Origin: a virus
Taxonomy: Duplodnaviria; Heunggongvirae; Uroviricota; Caudoviricetes
IMG/VR virus record: IMGVR_UViG_3300033696_000004
Coordinates: 36,031 to 100,030 of that record
Length of the DNA stretch: 64,000 nt
Direction: 5' to 3' (one strand)
Of the stretch, positions 24,673 through 33,928 are shown one piece after another; position 1 is the stretch's first letter, and the number at the start of each line of letters is the position of its first letter. Both the position numbers and the translations under genes were made by a program. The notes beneath the pieces are model-generated. The model saw only the letters and a list, made by a program, of their open reading frames with translations. It was not told where the DNA came from and did not search any database.

Positions 24673-25170
24673 ATGGAAACACTTTTAGCATCAATTGGCG
24701 CAGTAGTTCTAACTTGGGGTTTCATCGTTGCAGTGTTTATTCTTGCTATAGTTTCTGACTATAACGAGTCACAAAAAGATGAATTCGGTTGGGCTGCTAC
24801 TTGGACTATTCTAGGTGCGATTTGTTTATACTTACTGATTGACCCTAGTCCTTGGGTTGCTGGTATTATTGCTGTATGTTGGGTTCCAGTTGGTCTTATC
24901 TGGGCTACAATTAAGTGGAAACTTCGTATTAGTAAAACAAAATACGAAATTGAAACTAAGAAATTGGAAAAGGGTTATCCTGCATACGAGATTTTGCGTA
25001 GTAAATTGGATATCGATGAAGTTAAGTCAACAGTTGCATACTGGACTTTATTCTTCCCAGTTAGTTTCGTGTCAACATGTTTTGTAAATGTGTTTGATTC
25101 TATTAAGTACTTAGTTACCGTGAAGATGGGTAAATTCTTCCGTAACATGGCAGAAGAAGCGTTTAAATAA
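24673..25170 (+). CDS. membrane protein
   Basis: 165 aa with 3-4 predicted transmembrane helices (VVLTWGFIVAVFILAIV, ILGAICLYLLI, VAGIIAVCWVPVGLIWATI). Confidence 0.5.
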   Translation: METLLASIGAVVLTWGFIVAVFILAIVSDYNESQKDEFGWAATWTILGAICLYLLIDPSPWVAGIIAVCWVPVGLIWATIKWKLRISKTKYEIETKKLEKGYPAYEILRSKLDIDEVKSTVAYWTLFFPVSFVSTCFVNVFDSIKYLVTVKMGKFFRNMAEEAFK

Positions 25171-25231
25171 TGGTTAAAATTCATAAAGGTCAACTATTCC
25201 GTTAAGTAAATTTAATTAACGGAGAAATCAA

Positions 25232-25699
25232 ATGTCAAGAACATATCGTCGCACTACTGGTGACCAAACAACAACTAGCATTGGTCAAAGTGAACTAAAT
25301 CCATACTACGGTCGTTCTCCTTGGAAGTATACTTCCATAAGGGTTCAAGAAGAACGTACTAGTTGGAAGTATGTTCCTCGGAATGAGGAATGGGCTGGTT
25401 ATCACGTTATTGTTAAAGAAATGGTATGGGTTAATAAGTTCACTGGCTATACGTGGGAAGATAACCCTTTAGATCGCTGCGAACTACTTGAAAATCAAGT
25501 TGATGCAATCAACTGGAAACGCAAGTGGAACCAAGATCGTCGGTTGGATTATTCTCATAAGACACTGAAAGAACACTCTAAATCATTACGTCGTAACGAT
25601 AACAAGCGTGAACTATCACGTATTGCGAAACTAAATAAATTCGAAGAAATGGATTATGTGGATTCAAAGAGGAATTCAGAACGTTGGTTCTTCGATTAA
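25232..25699 (+). CDS. hypothetical protein
   Basis: 155 aa basic, W-rich protein. Confidence 0.45.
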   Translation: MSRTYRRTTGDQTTTSIGQSELNPYYGRSPWKYTSIRVQEERTSWKYVPRNEEWAGYHVIVKEMVWVNKFTGYTWEDNPLDRCELLENQVDAINWKRKWNQDRRLDYSHKTLKEHSKSLRRNDNKRELSRIAKLNKFEEMDYVDSKRNSERWFFD

Positions 25700-25817
25700 G
25701 AATAGATGGTTATGTAAGGATGCAGATACTAATTGCAGCTACTCCGAACAGTTTCAATAAATCTATTCACACTCACCAAAAGGAGCCTAGTGCTCCTTTT
25801 CTTTTAGGTAAAATAAA

Positions 25818-26384
25818 ATGGCTAAACTATACTTCTATCACAGCGTAATGAACGCTGGCAAATCTACTCACTTACTTCAAGTAAACCACAACTATAAAGA
25901 ACGTGGTATGAAGACCGTCCTAATTACTTCTGGTATTGATGACCGTTATGGTGTTGGTAAGATTGCATCACGTATTGGTTTGTCTGCTGAAGCATTGTCA
26001 TTCCATGCAGATACAAACATGTTCGATTTGATTCCGTCTGGTGTTAGCTGTGTTATAGTTGATGAATGTCAATTCCTTACACGTAAGCAAGTAGAACAGC
26101 TTGCAGACTACGTAGATGAAGCTGGTGTACCAGTTATGTGCTACGGTCTACGTGTAGATTTCAAGCAAGGTCTATTCGAAGGTTCGGCTGCTTTATTTGC
26201 GTTAGCTGATAAGTGCGTAGAGATGAAAACCATCTGTCATTGTGGTAGTAAGGCTACTCAGATTGCTAAGGTTGATGAATCTGGACGTATGGTTGATTTC
26301 AACTCACCTCAAGTTGAAATTGGTGGAAATGACCGTTACATCAGCATGTGTCGTCGTCACTACAATGAATTAAAAGATTTTTAA
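25818..26384 (+). CDS. tk: thymidine kinase
   Basis: 188 aa. P-loop MNAGKST, a zinc-ribbon CHCG...C..H at the C-terminus, and overall TK1-type layout as in T4 Tk. Confidence 0.85.
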   Translation: MAKLYFYHSVMNAGKSTHLLQVNHNYKERGMKTVLITSGIDDRYGVGKIASRIGLSAEALSFHADTNMFDLIPSGVSCVIVDECQFLTRKQVEQLADYVDEAGVPVMCYGLRVDFKQGLFEGSAALFALADKCVEMKTICHCGSKATQIAKVDESGRMVDFNSPQVEIGGNDRYISMCRRHYNELKDF

Positions 26385-26448
26385 ATAAGTAGTTGACACC
26401 AACAATAGTTATGCTATTATAACCCCATCGAAACAAAGAGGAAACATT

Positions 26449-26769
26449 ATGAAAATTGAAACATCTAGTACATTTGATACTGAAAAAGTATGTCGTGTAC
26501 GTATAGAAATCTTCAATTCCCATCATAATTTTTATGATGAAGAACTGATTTACAAGAATTCTGCTTCTAAAGATGCTATCTACAATTTATGTGCAGGATT
26601 TACATCACGTATTAATGAACTACGTGGATTAAAATTTGATTTACAGACCAAGGTGACTGTTATATCATTACCACATGGTCAACAAGTATTAACTACTGAA
26701 GACGATAGTGAACTTATTAGTTTAAAGACACTATTTGTTATGTACGCAAATCAAATGATTCACGCTTAA
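26449..26769 (+). CDS. hypothetical protein
   Basis: 106 aa ORF after a TTGACA/TATTAT promoter. Confidence 0.45.
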   Translation: MKIETSSTFDTEKVCRVRIEIFNSHHNFYDEELIYKNSASKDAIYNLCAGFTSRINELRGLKFDLQTKVTVISLPHGQQVLTTEDDSELISLKTLFVMYANQMIHA

Positions 26770-26835
26770 TAAGTGTTGACAAAGTTGGGGGTTATGATAA
26801 CATAGCCCTATCTTAAACGACTTGGGAGTCAAGTT

Positions 26836-27948
26836 ATGAAAATCAATGAAATGAACAATCGCCAAATTAAAGAATCTGGTCTACACACTAAAGCCGTAGT
26901 AATCGGTCGGTTTGAACCAGTAATGCACCGTGGTCATGTATCCATGATCCATAAAGCTTTAGACGTAGCAAAAGAAGTGTTTATCGTAATCGGATCTGCT
27001 AGTGCTTATCCTGATGTGAAAAACCCAATTTCTGTTGATTTGCGTCAACGTTGTATCTGGAACATCTTGCGTGATGAATTCACGGTGGAACAATGTTCTC
27101 GTATCAAAACTCGTTATGTTAATGACTACAAATACAATGACGAGAAGTGGAAAACTGAAATTCGTATGCAAGTCGGTGAACGTCGTTGGGATAACATCGC
27201 AATGATTGGATTCGAGAAAGACCAAGATTCATACTGGTTAAATGAGTTTGGTTGGACAATGATTCCAGTTGAGCCTACTATGGTAAGCTGGTTGGGTTCG
27301 AGTGTTCCAATGAGTTCTACGTTTATCCGTGATCATTGGCTACGTACTGGTGAAATCTTACTTAAAGAAATGCTACCTCAAGCATGTGTTGATTTCCTAG
27401 AGAAGTTCACGTGGATTAATGGTAAATTCAGTAAAGAGTTCGACCGTCTAAACGAAGAACGTTTGAAGTGGGACAAAGAAATCAAGAAGTTTGATGATTA
27501 CCCATACATGGAATCACTACATGGTGTATGTGCTGACTCTGTAGTATTATGCAATAATCATGTTTTGTTAATCGAACGCAAGTTTGCACCAGGAAAAGGT
27601 GCATGGGCTTTACCAGGCGGTCACAAGAATAGTGATGAAACATTCCGTTATGCTGCATTGCGTGAACTGGAAGAAGAAGTTGGTCTGAAGGTATCGCCTA
27701 AAGTAATTCGTGGTTCTATCAAAGATTCTCAATTGTTTGATGACCCTAAGCGTACTGCTGTATTCTGTAAACCTACAGTTGCTCAGTTTATTGTATTGCA
27801 ACCCGACCACGATGGTAAATTACCACGTGTTCAGGGTGCTGATGATGCTAAACGTGCATTCTGGGTTCCACTTCATGAAATTAAAGAAAACCCACAGAAG
27901 CTATTTGATGACCATTCATGCATCATTAGTTACTTCACTGGTGTTTGA
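26836..27948 (+). CDS. natV: bifunctional NMN adenylyltransferase / Nudix ADP-ribose pyrophosphatase (NatV/NadM-Nudix type)
   Basis: 370 aa. N-terminal nucleotidyltransferase motif GRFEPVMHRGH (HxGH-like) and C-terminal Nudix box GGHKNSDETFRYAALRELEEEVGL. Confidence 0.75.
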   Translation: MKINEMNNRQIKESGLHTKAVVIGRFEPVMHRGHVSMIHKALDVAKEVFIVIGSASAYPDVKNPISVDLRQRCIWNILRDEFTVEQCSRIKTRYVNDYKYNDEKWKTEIRMQVGERRWDNIAMIGFEKDQDSYWLNEFGWTMIPVEPTMVSWLGSSVPMSSTFIRDHWLRTGEILLKEMLPQACVDFLEKFTWINGKFSKEFDRLNEERLKWDKEIKKFDDYPYMESLHGVCADSVVLCNNHVLLIERKFAPGKGAWALPGGHKNSDETFRYAALRELEEEVGLKVSPKVIRGSIKDSQLFDDPKRTAVFCKPTVAQFIVLQPDHDGKLPRVQGADDAKRAFWVPLHEIKENPQKLFDDHSCIISYFTGV

Positions 27949-27951
27949 TAA

Positions 27952-27977
27952 AAGGAGACCTTCGGGTCTCCTTTTTT
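27952..27977 (+). terminator. rho-independent terminator
   Basis: ggagaccttcgggtctcc hairpin plus T run. Confidence 0.65.
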
Positions 27978-28091
27978 GATCTAAATCACGCAAATAAATG
28001 TTGATTTCAATAGTTTGCGTGGTATAATGTTTACGTTGAGTTAACCAAATAGGAGTTTTTATGTTCAACACTCAATTTAAAAGGAAATATC

Positions 28092-29300
28092 ATGCTACAA
28101 TCTATTATAGGAATCTTATTCCTCCTAGCGTTAGGATATGCGTTCTCTGAGAATCGTAATGCGATTAGCTGGAGGGCTGTAATCGGTTCATTTGCAATAC
28201 TAATGAGTATTTCCGCATTTGTACTGGGAACCGATTTCGGTGCTGATGTTCTATTAGCAGCATCGAAAGGTGTTGGTTCTGTTTTTTCCTACGGAACTGA
28301 AGGTATTAAGTTTGTATTCGGTAACCTAGTTACATTCCAAGTTGAAGGACTTGGATTCATATGGGCTTTCCAAGTACTTCCAATGATTATATTCACCGCA
28401 TCGCTCACATCATTATTATACTACTATGGTATTATGCAATGGTTCGTTCGTATTATCGGTGGCGGTCTTCAGAAACTGTTAGGTACATCCCGTGCGGAAT
28501 CAATGAGTGCAGCTGGTAACATTGTACTAGGTCAAACTGAAGCACCACTTCTAGTTCGTCCTTATCATCCAATATTAACTCGTGCTCAAATATTTGCAAT
28601 CATGGTCGGTGGTCTTGCTTCAATTGCTGGTTCTATCCTAGCTGGTCTAGCTGGAATGGGTGTTGAACTCAAGTACCTGATTATGGCGTGTTTCATGTCG
28701 GCTCCAGCTGGTTTATTGTTCGCTAAATTAATCATCCCCGAAACTGAAACGACTATCGACGAAGTTCCCGAAGAACCCGAAGAAGATAAAGCAACAAGTT
28801 TCATTGATGCAATCGCAAAGGGTGCAATGACTGGTCTAGCAATCGCTGGTATCGTTGGTGCAGTTATCATTGCATGTATCGGTATCATGGCTTTGCTTAA
28901 CGGTATACTTGGTTATGTCGGTGGATTTGTTGGTTACGCAAGTCTGTCGGTTGACACAATCCTTGGATTCGTCTTCGCTCCTATCGCATGGATGATCGGT
29001 GTTCCTTGGTCAGAAGCAATGCAAGCTGGTTCTCTGATTGGTCAAAAGATCGCAATGAATGAGTTCGTAGCTTACGCAAGCTTCGGCACAATGGAATTGT
29101 CTGCTAAGACATCTGGTATCATCACAATTGCACTATGTGGATTCGCTAACATTAGTTCGGTTGCAATGGTTGTAGGTGCTATGAGTAAGATGATACCAAC
29201 AAAAGCTGGTATCATCGCATCTCTTGGTATGAAAGTACTATTAGCTGCTACTATGGCTAACCTAATGGCTGCTACAGTCGTAGGTCTGTTCATATCATAA
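28092..29300 (+). CDS. concentrative nucleoside transporter (NupC/CNT family)
   Basis: 402 aa polytopic membrane protein. Recognisable NupC signatures: GTEGIKFVFGN, FQVLPMIIF, and SESMSAAGNIVLGQTEAPLLVRPY matching the conserved SxAxxGN(I/V)FLGQTEAPLL(I/V)RPY motif. Confidence 0.75.
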   Translation: MLQSIIGILFLLALGYAFSENRNAISWRAVIGSFAILMSISAFVLGTDFGADVLLAASKGVGSVFSYGTEGIKFVFGNLVTFQVEGLGFIWAFQVLPMIIFTASLTSLLYYYGIMQWFVRIIGGGLQKLLGTSRAESMSAAGNIVLGQTEAPLLVRPYHPILTRAQIFAIMVGGLASIAGSILAGLAGMGVELKYLIMACFMSAPAGLLFAKLIIPETETTIDEVPEEPEEDKATSFIDAIAKGAMTGLAIAGIVGAVIIACIGIMALLNGILGYVGGFVGYASLSVDTILGFVFAPIAWMIGVPWSEAMQAGSLIGQKIAMNEFVAYASFGTMELSAKTSGIITIALCGFANISSVAMVVGAMSKMIPTKAGIIASLGMKVLLAATMANLMAATVVGLFIS

Positions 29301-29305
29301 TAGAA

Positions 29306-29329
29306 GGGAGCCTTTCGGCTCCCTTTTTA
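29306..29329 (+). terminator. rho-independent terminator
   Basis: gggagcctttcggctccc hairpin plus T run. Confidence 0.65.
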
Positions 29330-29415
29330 TTTGTCTAAAATAATTTAAAATTATGTTGACAGTATTCAGGTAATCCCCTATACTTCTCACATCAACTAAG
29401 AAGAAGGAAATAAAC

Positions 29416-29973
29416 ATGAAATACAAATTCGTACATAATAACTCGCTAACTAAGATTGAGAAAACTAAAGTCTACTTTGGTGAAAACTCTAAAAACTTGG
29501 TTTCATTCGGAAGTACATATACTAAAGATCAAGAAGTTAAATGTCTGTCATGTAATAAAGACACTCTTGTTCTACAAACTCCATCCAAATCGGTGTTATT
29601 ACAAAACTGTATTGTCATTGTTGATCTTACTAAACGTAATGTTGGTGTTGCTGATGATCATTCTTTCCACAATGCGGTAGCGGTTACACGAAATGGTAAC
29701 CAACCGTTGCAGATTTACGGTATTGTAATTGACGACACTGGTTGTCCATACACAATGGGTGATCGTGAAGTACGTGAAGTTAATCCAGTTAAACGTGGTG
29801 ATAAGTTAGTGAATAACCGTGGTCGTGAAATCACCGTTACATATGTTGCAGATGATGGTTCATTTGCTTATGAGTATTTGCGCAATTCACATAAAGTCGA
29901 ATTTGCATCTGCATACATGTCTATCAACGATCATGGTTCTGCTTCTTACGGTATCAAAAAAGAACTATTATAG
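29416..29973 (+). CDS. hypothetical protein
   Basis: 185 aa ORF downstream of a TTGACA promoter. No motif recognised. Confidence 0.45.
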   Translation: MKYKFVHNNSLTKIEKTKVYFGENSKNLVSFGSTYTKDQEVKCLSCNKDTLVLQTPSKSVLLQNCIVIVDLTKRNVGVADDHSFHNAVAVTRNGNQPLQIYGIVIDDTGCPYTMGDREVREVNPVKRGDKLVNNRGREITVTYVADDGSFAYEYLRNSHKVEFASAYMSINDHGSASYGIKKELL

Positions 29974-30353
29974 TGGATAAATTTACTGGAGAAGAGGTGT
30001 TCGAACACATTATCAATCTGAGTGCTATGTTGCAAGACGCAAAAAATGGAAAGTTCGATAGTAAACGTGAAATTTTAAAAGAATTTCGTGAAATCAAATC
30101 GAATGTGCTTGCAGCAGAGAAACTTTGTATTGATTCTCATATCGAACAAATGAATTGTATATGTTCCAAATTCAATAAGCCAGTGTGGACACTTCGTCGT
30201 AACCTTGTAGAATATTATTATCATTTCGAAAAGACTTGTAATAACTGTGGAAAGGTTCATACTACAACATTAAAGAAATGGAACAATCACACGGATCCTT
30301 CCCCAGAAGGATTCGAAGGTGCAACTAAAGCTTTCTATAACTTGGACATTTAA
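29973..30353 (+). CDS. hypothetical protein
   Basis: 126 aa. Possible zinc ribbon C..C...CNNC near the C-terminus. Start overlaps the upstream stop. Confidence 0.45.
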   Translation: MDKFTGEEVFEHIINLSAMLQDAKNGKFDSKREILKEFREIKSNVLAAEKLCIDSHIEQMNCICSKFNKPVWTLRRNLVEYYYHFEKTCNNCGKVHTTTLKKWNNHTDPSPEGFEGATKAFYNLDI

Positions 30354-30361
30354 GGAACAAT

Positions 30362-31402
30362 ATGAAAACAATTATGACAACAATCTTCGGTTCACATCTA
30401 TACGGTTTGAACACTGAAAATAGCGATATGGATTACAAGTCAATCTTTATTCCTGAAACAAAATACTTGGTTCTACAAACAGCAATACGTAACATCAGTC
30501 ATTCTACTGGTGGTCAAGATGCTAAGAACACAGCAGAAGATGTAGATACGGAACTTTTCGCACTACATGAATGGATTAAACTGGCTCTACAAGGTGAGAC
30601 TGTAGCACTTGACATGCTTCATACTACACCTGAAATGTTGCTTGAAACTTCTCCTACGTGGGAGTTCATTCAAGAAAACCGTTGGCGTTTCTACACCACT
30701 GACATGCGTTCATACGTGGGTTACGTGAAGAAACAAGCTGCTAAGTACGGTGTCAAAGGTACACGTCTAGATGCTCTACAGAAGAGTATCGATGAAGCTA
30801 ATGAAGCACTGTGCTTAGCTAATACGTATGATGGAGAAATTGATGTTAATACCATCAAACTAGGTGATGTTATTGACTACCTACCAGAAGATCATTACCG
30901 TAGTAAAGTTACCGACACCAAAGGTGAACATGAGTACCACTTCTACAAGGTATTAGAAAAGAAGTTTCAGACTACGCTGCGTGTAACTGAATACATCTCT
31001 ATCTTGCAAGGTATCTACAACTCTTACGGTTCTCGTGCTAAAGAAGCACAAGAGAACAAAGGTATCGACTGGAAAGCATTGTCACATGCTATCCGTGGTG
31101 GTTACCAGTTGAAAGAGATCTACACTACTGGTGACTTGAAGTACCCGTTAAAACAGCGTGAGTTCCTTCTAGCGGTTAAGCGTGGTGAACTTGATTTCAT
31201 CACGCAAGTTAAACCAGAACTTGAAAAAATTGTTGACGAAGTAGAGAAACTTGCTATAGAATTGGAAACATCTGGTAAGCTTCCACGTAAACCTGATCGT
31301 AAATTCTGGGATGACTTCGTATACAAAGTATACGGTGGAGAAATCTATCACGATTATGACCGTTACTTGGAAGAAGAAGACAATAACGAAAGTCATATGT
31401 AA
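30362..31402 (+). CDS. Pol-beta superfamily nucleotidyltransferase (function unknown)
   Basis: 346 aa. N-terminal GSHLYGLNTENSDMDY fits the GS-x9-13-DxD minimal NTase motif. The C-terminal ~200 aa are helical. Confidence 0.55.
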   Translation: MKTIMTTIFGSHLYGLNTENSDMDYKSIFIPETKYLVLQTAIRNISHSTGGQDAKNTAEDVDTELFALHEWIKLALQGETVALDMLHTTPEMLLETSPTWEFIQENRWRFYTTDMRSYVGYVKKQAAKYGVKGTRLDALQKSIDEANEALCLANTYDGEIDVNTIKLGDVIDYLPEDHYRSKVTDTKGEHEYHFYKVLEKKFQTTLRVTEYISILQGIYNSYGSRAKEAQENKGIDWKALSHAIRGGYQLKEIYTTGDLKYPLKQREFLLAVKRGELDFITQVKPELEKIVDEVEKLAIELETSGKLPRKPDRKFWDDFVYKVYGGEIYHDYDRYLEEEDNNESHM

Positions 31403-31463
31403 AAAGTAGTTGACAACATGATGGGAGGATGTCATAATCCTCCCATCAACAAAGGAGTTTATT

Positions 31464-32582
31464 ATGAAACAATTTACTAAACAACAGAGAACTAAACAGT
31501 TCGAAGGTAATAAAATGAACGCATTTACACAACGTAATAATCCAATCAAAACTCCAATCAAAACTCAAATTAATGGTGCAAAAATGAAAAAATTAGCAAT
31601 CGGTGTAGGCATTACTCTAGCAACTATCGCAGTTGGTTCTCAATTCTTCCTAACGGTACAGAAAGGTCACGTTGGCGTAGAAAGTAAGATGGGTGGTATG
31701 ATTGTGCTTGATAAGCATTATTCAGAAGGTCTACACTTCCCAGTTAACCCATTATCATCTTTCGTTGAAATCTCAGTCAAAGATGAATCTATACCGCTTA
31801 AAGGTATTGAAATTGACCGTGTTGGTAATGCATACTCTAATGGTAGCTATGTACTACAAACTGCTGACCAAATGACAACTGGAGTTGATGTAGAAATCTT
31901 GCTTCAACTTAAACCTAAGTTCGCACCATACTTCGTTCAACAAGTTGGCACATTCGATGGTGCGGTTGGTACATACATTACTCCAGCATTGCTTGAGTCA
32001 TTGATGAAACAAGGTTCATCTGTTGAATCTGCACAAGATTTGTTTAGTACTACAGCTAAACACAATCTAAAAACTGGAACAATGAAAGACATGGTTTCGT
32101 ACTTACAGAATCCAGAAATTATGGGTAAGTTATCTAATGGTTTCACTATTAAAGACGTTAAGTACCAACGTATGGTTCTTCCACCTCGTATCCAAGAGAT
32201 GATCAACCAAGCTAAAGAGCGTGAAGAGGCTGAAGACATTGCGGTATCCAACGAAACAATCCGCAAGACTGACGCAGATGCTAAGTTGTACGAAGAACAA
32301 AAACATGCTCTTGCAACCGAAGCACAAGCCGATGCTGAAGCTCACCGTCGTACAGTTAACGCAACTGCTGTAGAAAAAGAAGCTGATGCTAAGTTATACG
32401 CAATGCAAAAAGAATCTGCTGGTATCAAGAACTTAAATTCTTCAATTAATCCTCAATACATCCAGTACATGAACGCACAAGCAGCTGTAACAGCTGCACA
32501 GAACTACAAAGGCGGAGTACCACAATCGGTCACTACGCTTGGTGATGCTAACAACTTCATACCATTTATGAACATGAAGTAA
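31464..32582 (+). CDS. SPFH/band-7 (HflK/C-stomatin-like) domain protein
   Basis: 372 aa (true start may be an internal ATG). An N-terminal transmembrane segment, then LTVQKGHVGV...the SPFH core, and a long A/E/K-rich coiled-coil tail. Confidence 0.55.
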   Translation: MKQFTKQQRTKQFEGNKMNAFTQRNNPIKTPIKTQINGAKMKKLAIGVGITLATIAVGSQFFLTVQKGHVGVESKMGGMIVLDKHYSEGLHFPVNPLSSFVEISVKDESIPLKGIEIDRVGNAYSNGSYVLQTADQMTTGVDVEILLQLKPKFAPYFVQQVGTFDGAVGTYITPALLESLMKQGSSVESAQDLFSTTAKHNLKTGTMKDMVSYLQNPEIMGKLSNGFTIKDVKYQRMVLPPRIQEMINQAKEREEAEDIAVSNETIRKTDADAKLYEEQKHALATEAQADAEAHRRTVNATAVEKEADAKLYAMQKESAGIKNLNSSINPQYIQYMNAQAAVTAAQNYKGGVPQSVTTLGDANNFIPFMNMK

Positions 32583-32591
32583 TAAATTAAA

Positions 32592-32618
32592 AAGCATAGA
32601 CCGAAGTCTATGCTTTTT
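32592..32618 (+). terminator. rho-independent terminator
   Basis: agcatagaccgaagtctatgct hairpin plus T run. Confidence 0.6.
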
Positions 32619-32785
32619 CGTATGTAATTATGTTAATATGTGAATAGAATGCAACTTACTTTATTTGTTTATTCATATTTTGATATAATGTGACATAACT
32701 CGCGTTTTGTACATAAAGCATGGTGTATTATAGTTACATTCTTCTCTCTGAAGAATGTAACTCAACTAATTAAAAGGATAACATT

Positions 32786-33199
32786 ATGTCAAATTGTCAT
32801 GACGTAAATAATAAATTTATGGAATTAACTGAAACCGAATTCGTATCAATGATTGATGTGATCGACAATCCAGTAACGTTTGCTGCCCTGATTCGCACAC
32901 TATCGTGGAACATGATTAACAATGGTAACATCCACCAATACTTACACGACCGTGGAGCTTTAAAGCTTGAGTTTGGTTCTGTAACAATGGAAGAAGCAGA
33001 CCTACGCACTAAAGAAATTGAGTTCAGTTTTTATAACTCAAAATCTGTTACTGGATACGATTCAGAATTGCTATGTGATTTAGTAGCTGGTATGATTGAA
33101 TCTCTTGGTTATGAGACTGTATTGACGGACGTTTATTATGGAGTTAGTGATGTTCGTGAACGTGAAGAAATAGTTATTCGTGTTGCTAAGCTAGTTTAA
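32786..33199 (+). CDS. hypothetical protein
   Basis: 137 aa ORF. A 29-bp perfect inverted repeat (32733-32761) lies just upstream. Confidence 0.45.
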   Translation: MSNCHDVNNKFMELTETEFVSMIDVIDNPVTFAALIRTLSWNMINNGNIHQYLHDRGALKLEFGSVTMEEADLRTKEIEFSFYNSKSVTGYDSELLCDLVAGMIESLGYETVLTDVYYGVSDVREREEIVIRVAKLV

Positions 33200-33266
33200 A
33201 TTGATTGACATCATCTCTGGGGTGTGATAACATACCCAGATAATTATATACTTTGGAATTATAATA

Positions 33267-33839
33267 ATGCAAAATAAAAAGCCATCTATTTCTGCAAGAA
33301 TACGAACAGAATTGAAGTCGGAAGATCGTAGTATTTTGGTTACTCTTGGCAATAAGAAAACAACAGACCTATATAAAATGCTGAACTATCTAATATCAAA
33401 TAAAATTATTGATAAGAATGGTTTCAGTGAAGAACTTGATTATGACCAGTTACGAATAAACGCAAACCTATCTAATCAATCCACAACTGGAAATTGCTTA
33501 GGAAGAAGGCTGGATGATGGAGAAGTTGAGAATTACTTAAAGAATGGAACTCCAGCAACTGTTAGAAGTTTACGTTCTTTTATTTCAATTACTGTAAATG
33601 GAGTAAAGCAAGACGATTCCAAATTGAGAGCCAGTGAGATAAGAAAAGGGTCTAAGATTAAATTTGATGGATTCCGATTGCAATGTGTGACTTTATCTCA
33701 GTTTTATAAAGGTAAATCTGGAAAGCTTTTGGTAAAAATGGTTTATGTTCAACCAGAACCATATATCACTTATATACCACAAGATACGAGTACAATTGAA
33801 TTATCAACGTCAAATGATTTATCATTTTTGATGGATTAA
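33267..33839 (+). CDS. hypothetical protein
   Basis: 190 aa ORF after a TTGACA promoter. Confidence 0.45.
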   Translation: MQNKKPSISARIRTELKSEDRSILVTLGNKKTTDLYKMLNYLISNKIIDKNGFSEELDYDQLRINANLSNQSTTGNCLGRRLDDGEVENYLKNGTPATVRSLRSFISITVNGVKQDDSKLRASEIRKGSKIKFDGFRLQCVTLSQFYKGKSGKLLVKMVYVQPEPYITYIPQDTSTIELSTSNDLSFLMD

Positions 33840-33928
33840 TTGATTGACAAACCCTCTCAGTGTGTTATTATGACCACATTCCTGAGAGGGAACAAACAAA
33901 ACTTAATTAAACACTTGGGAGTCAAGTT

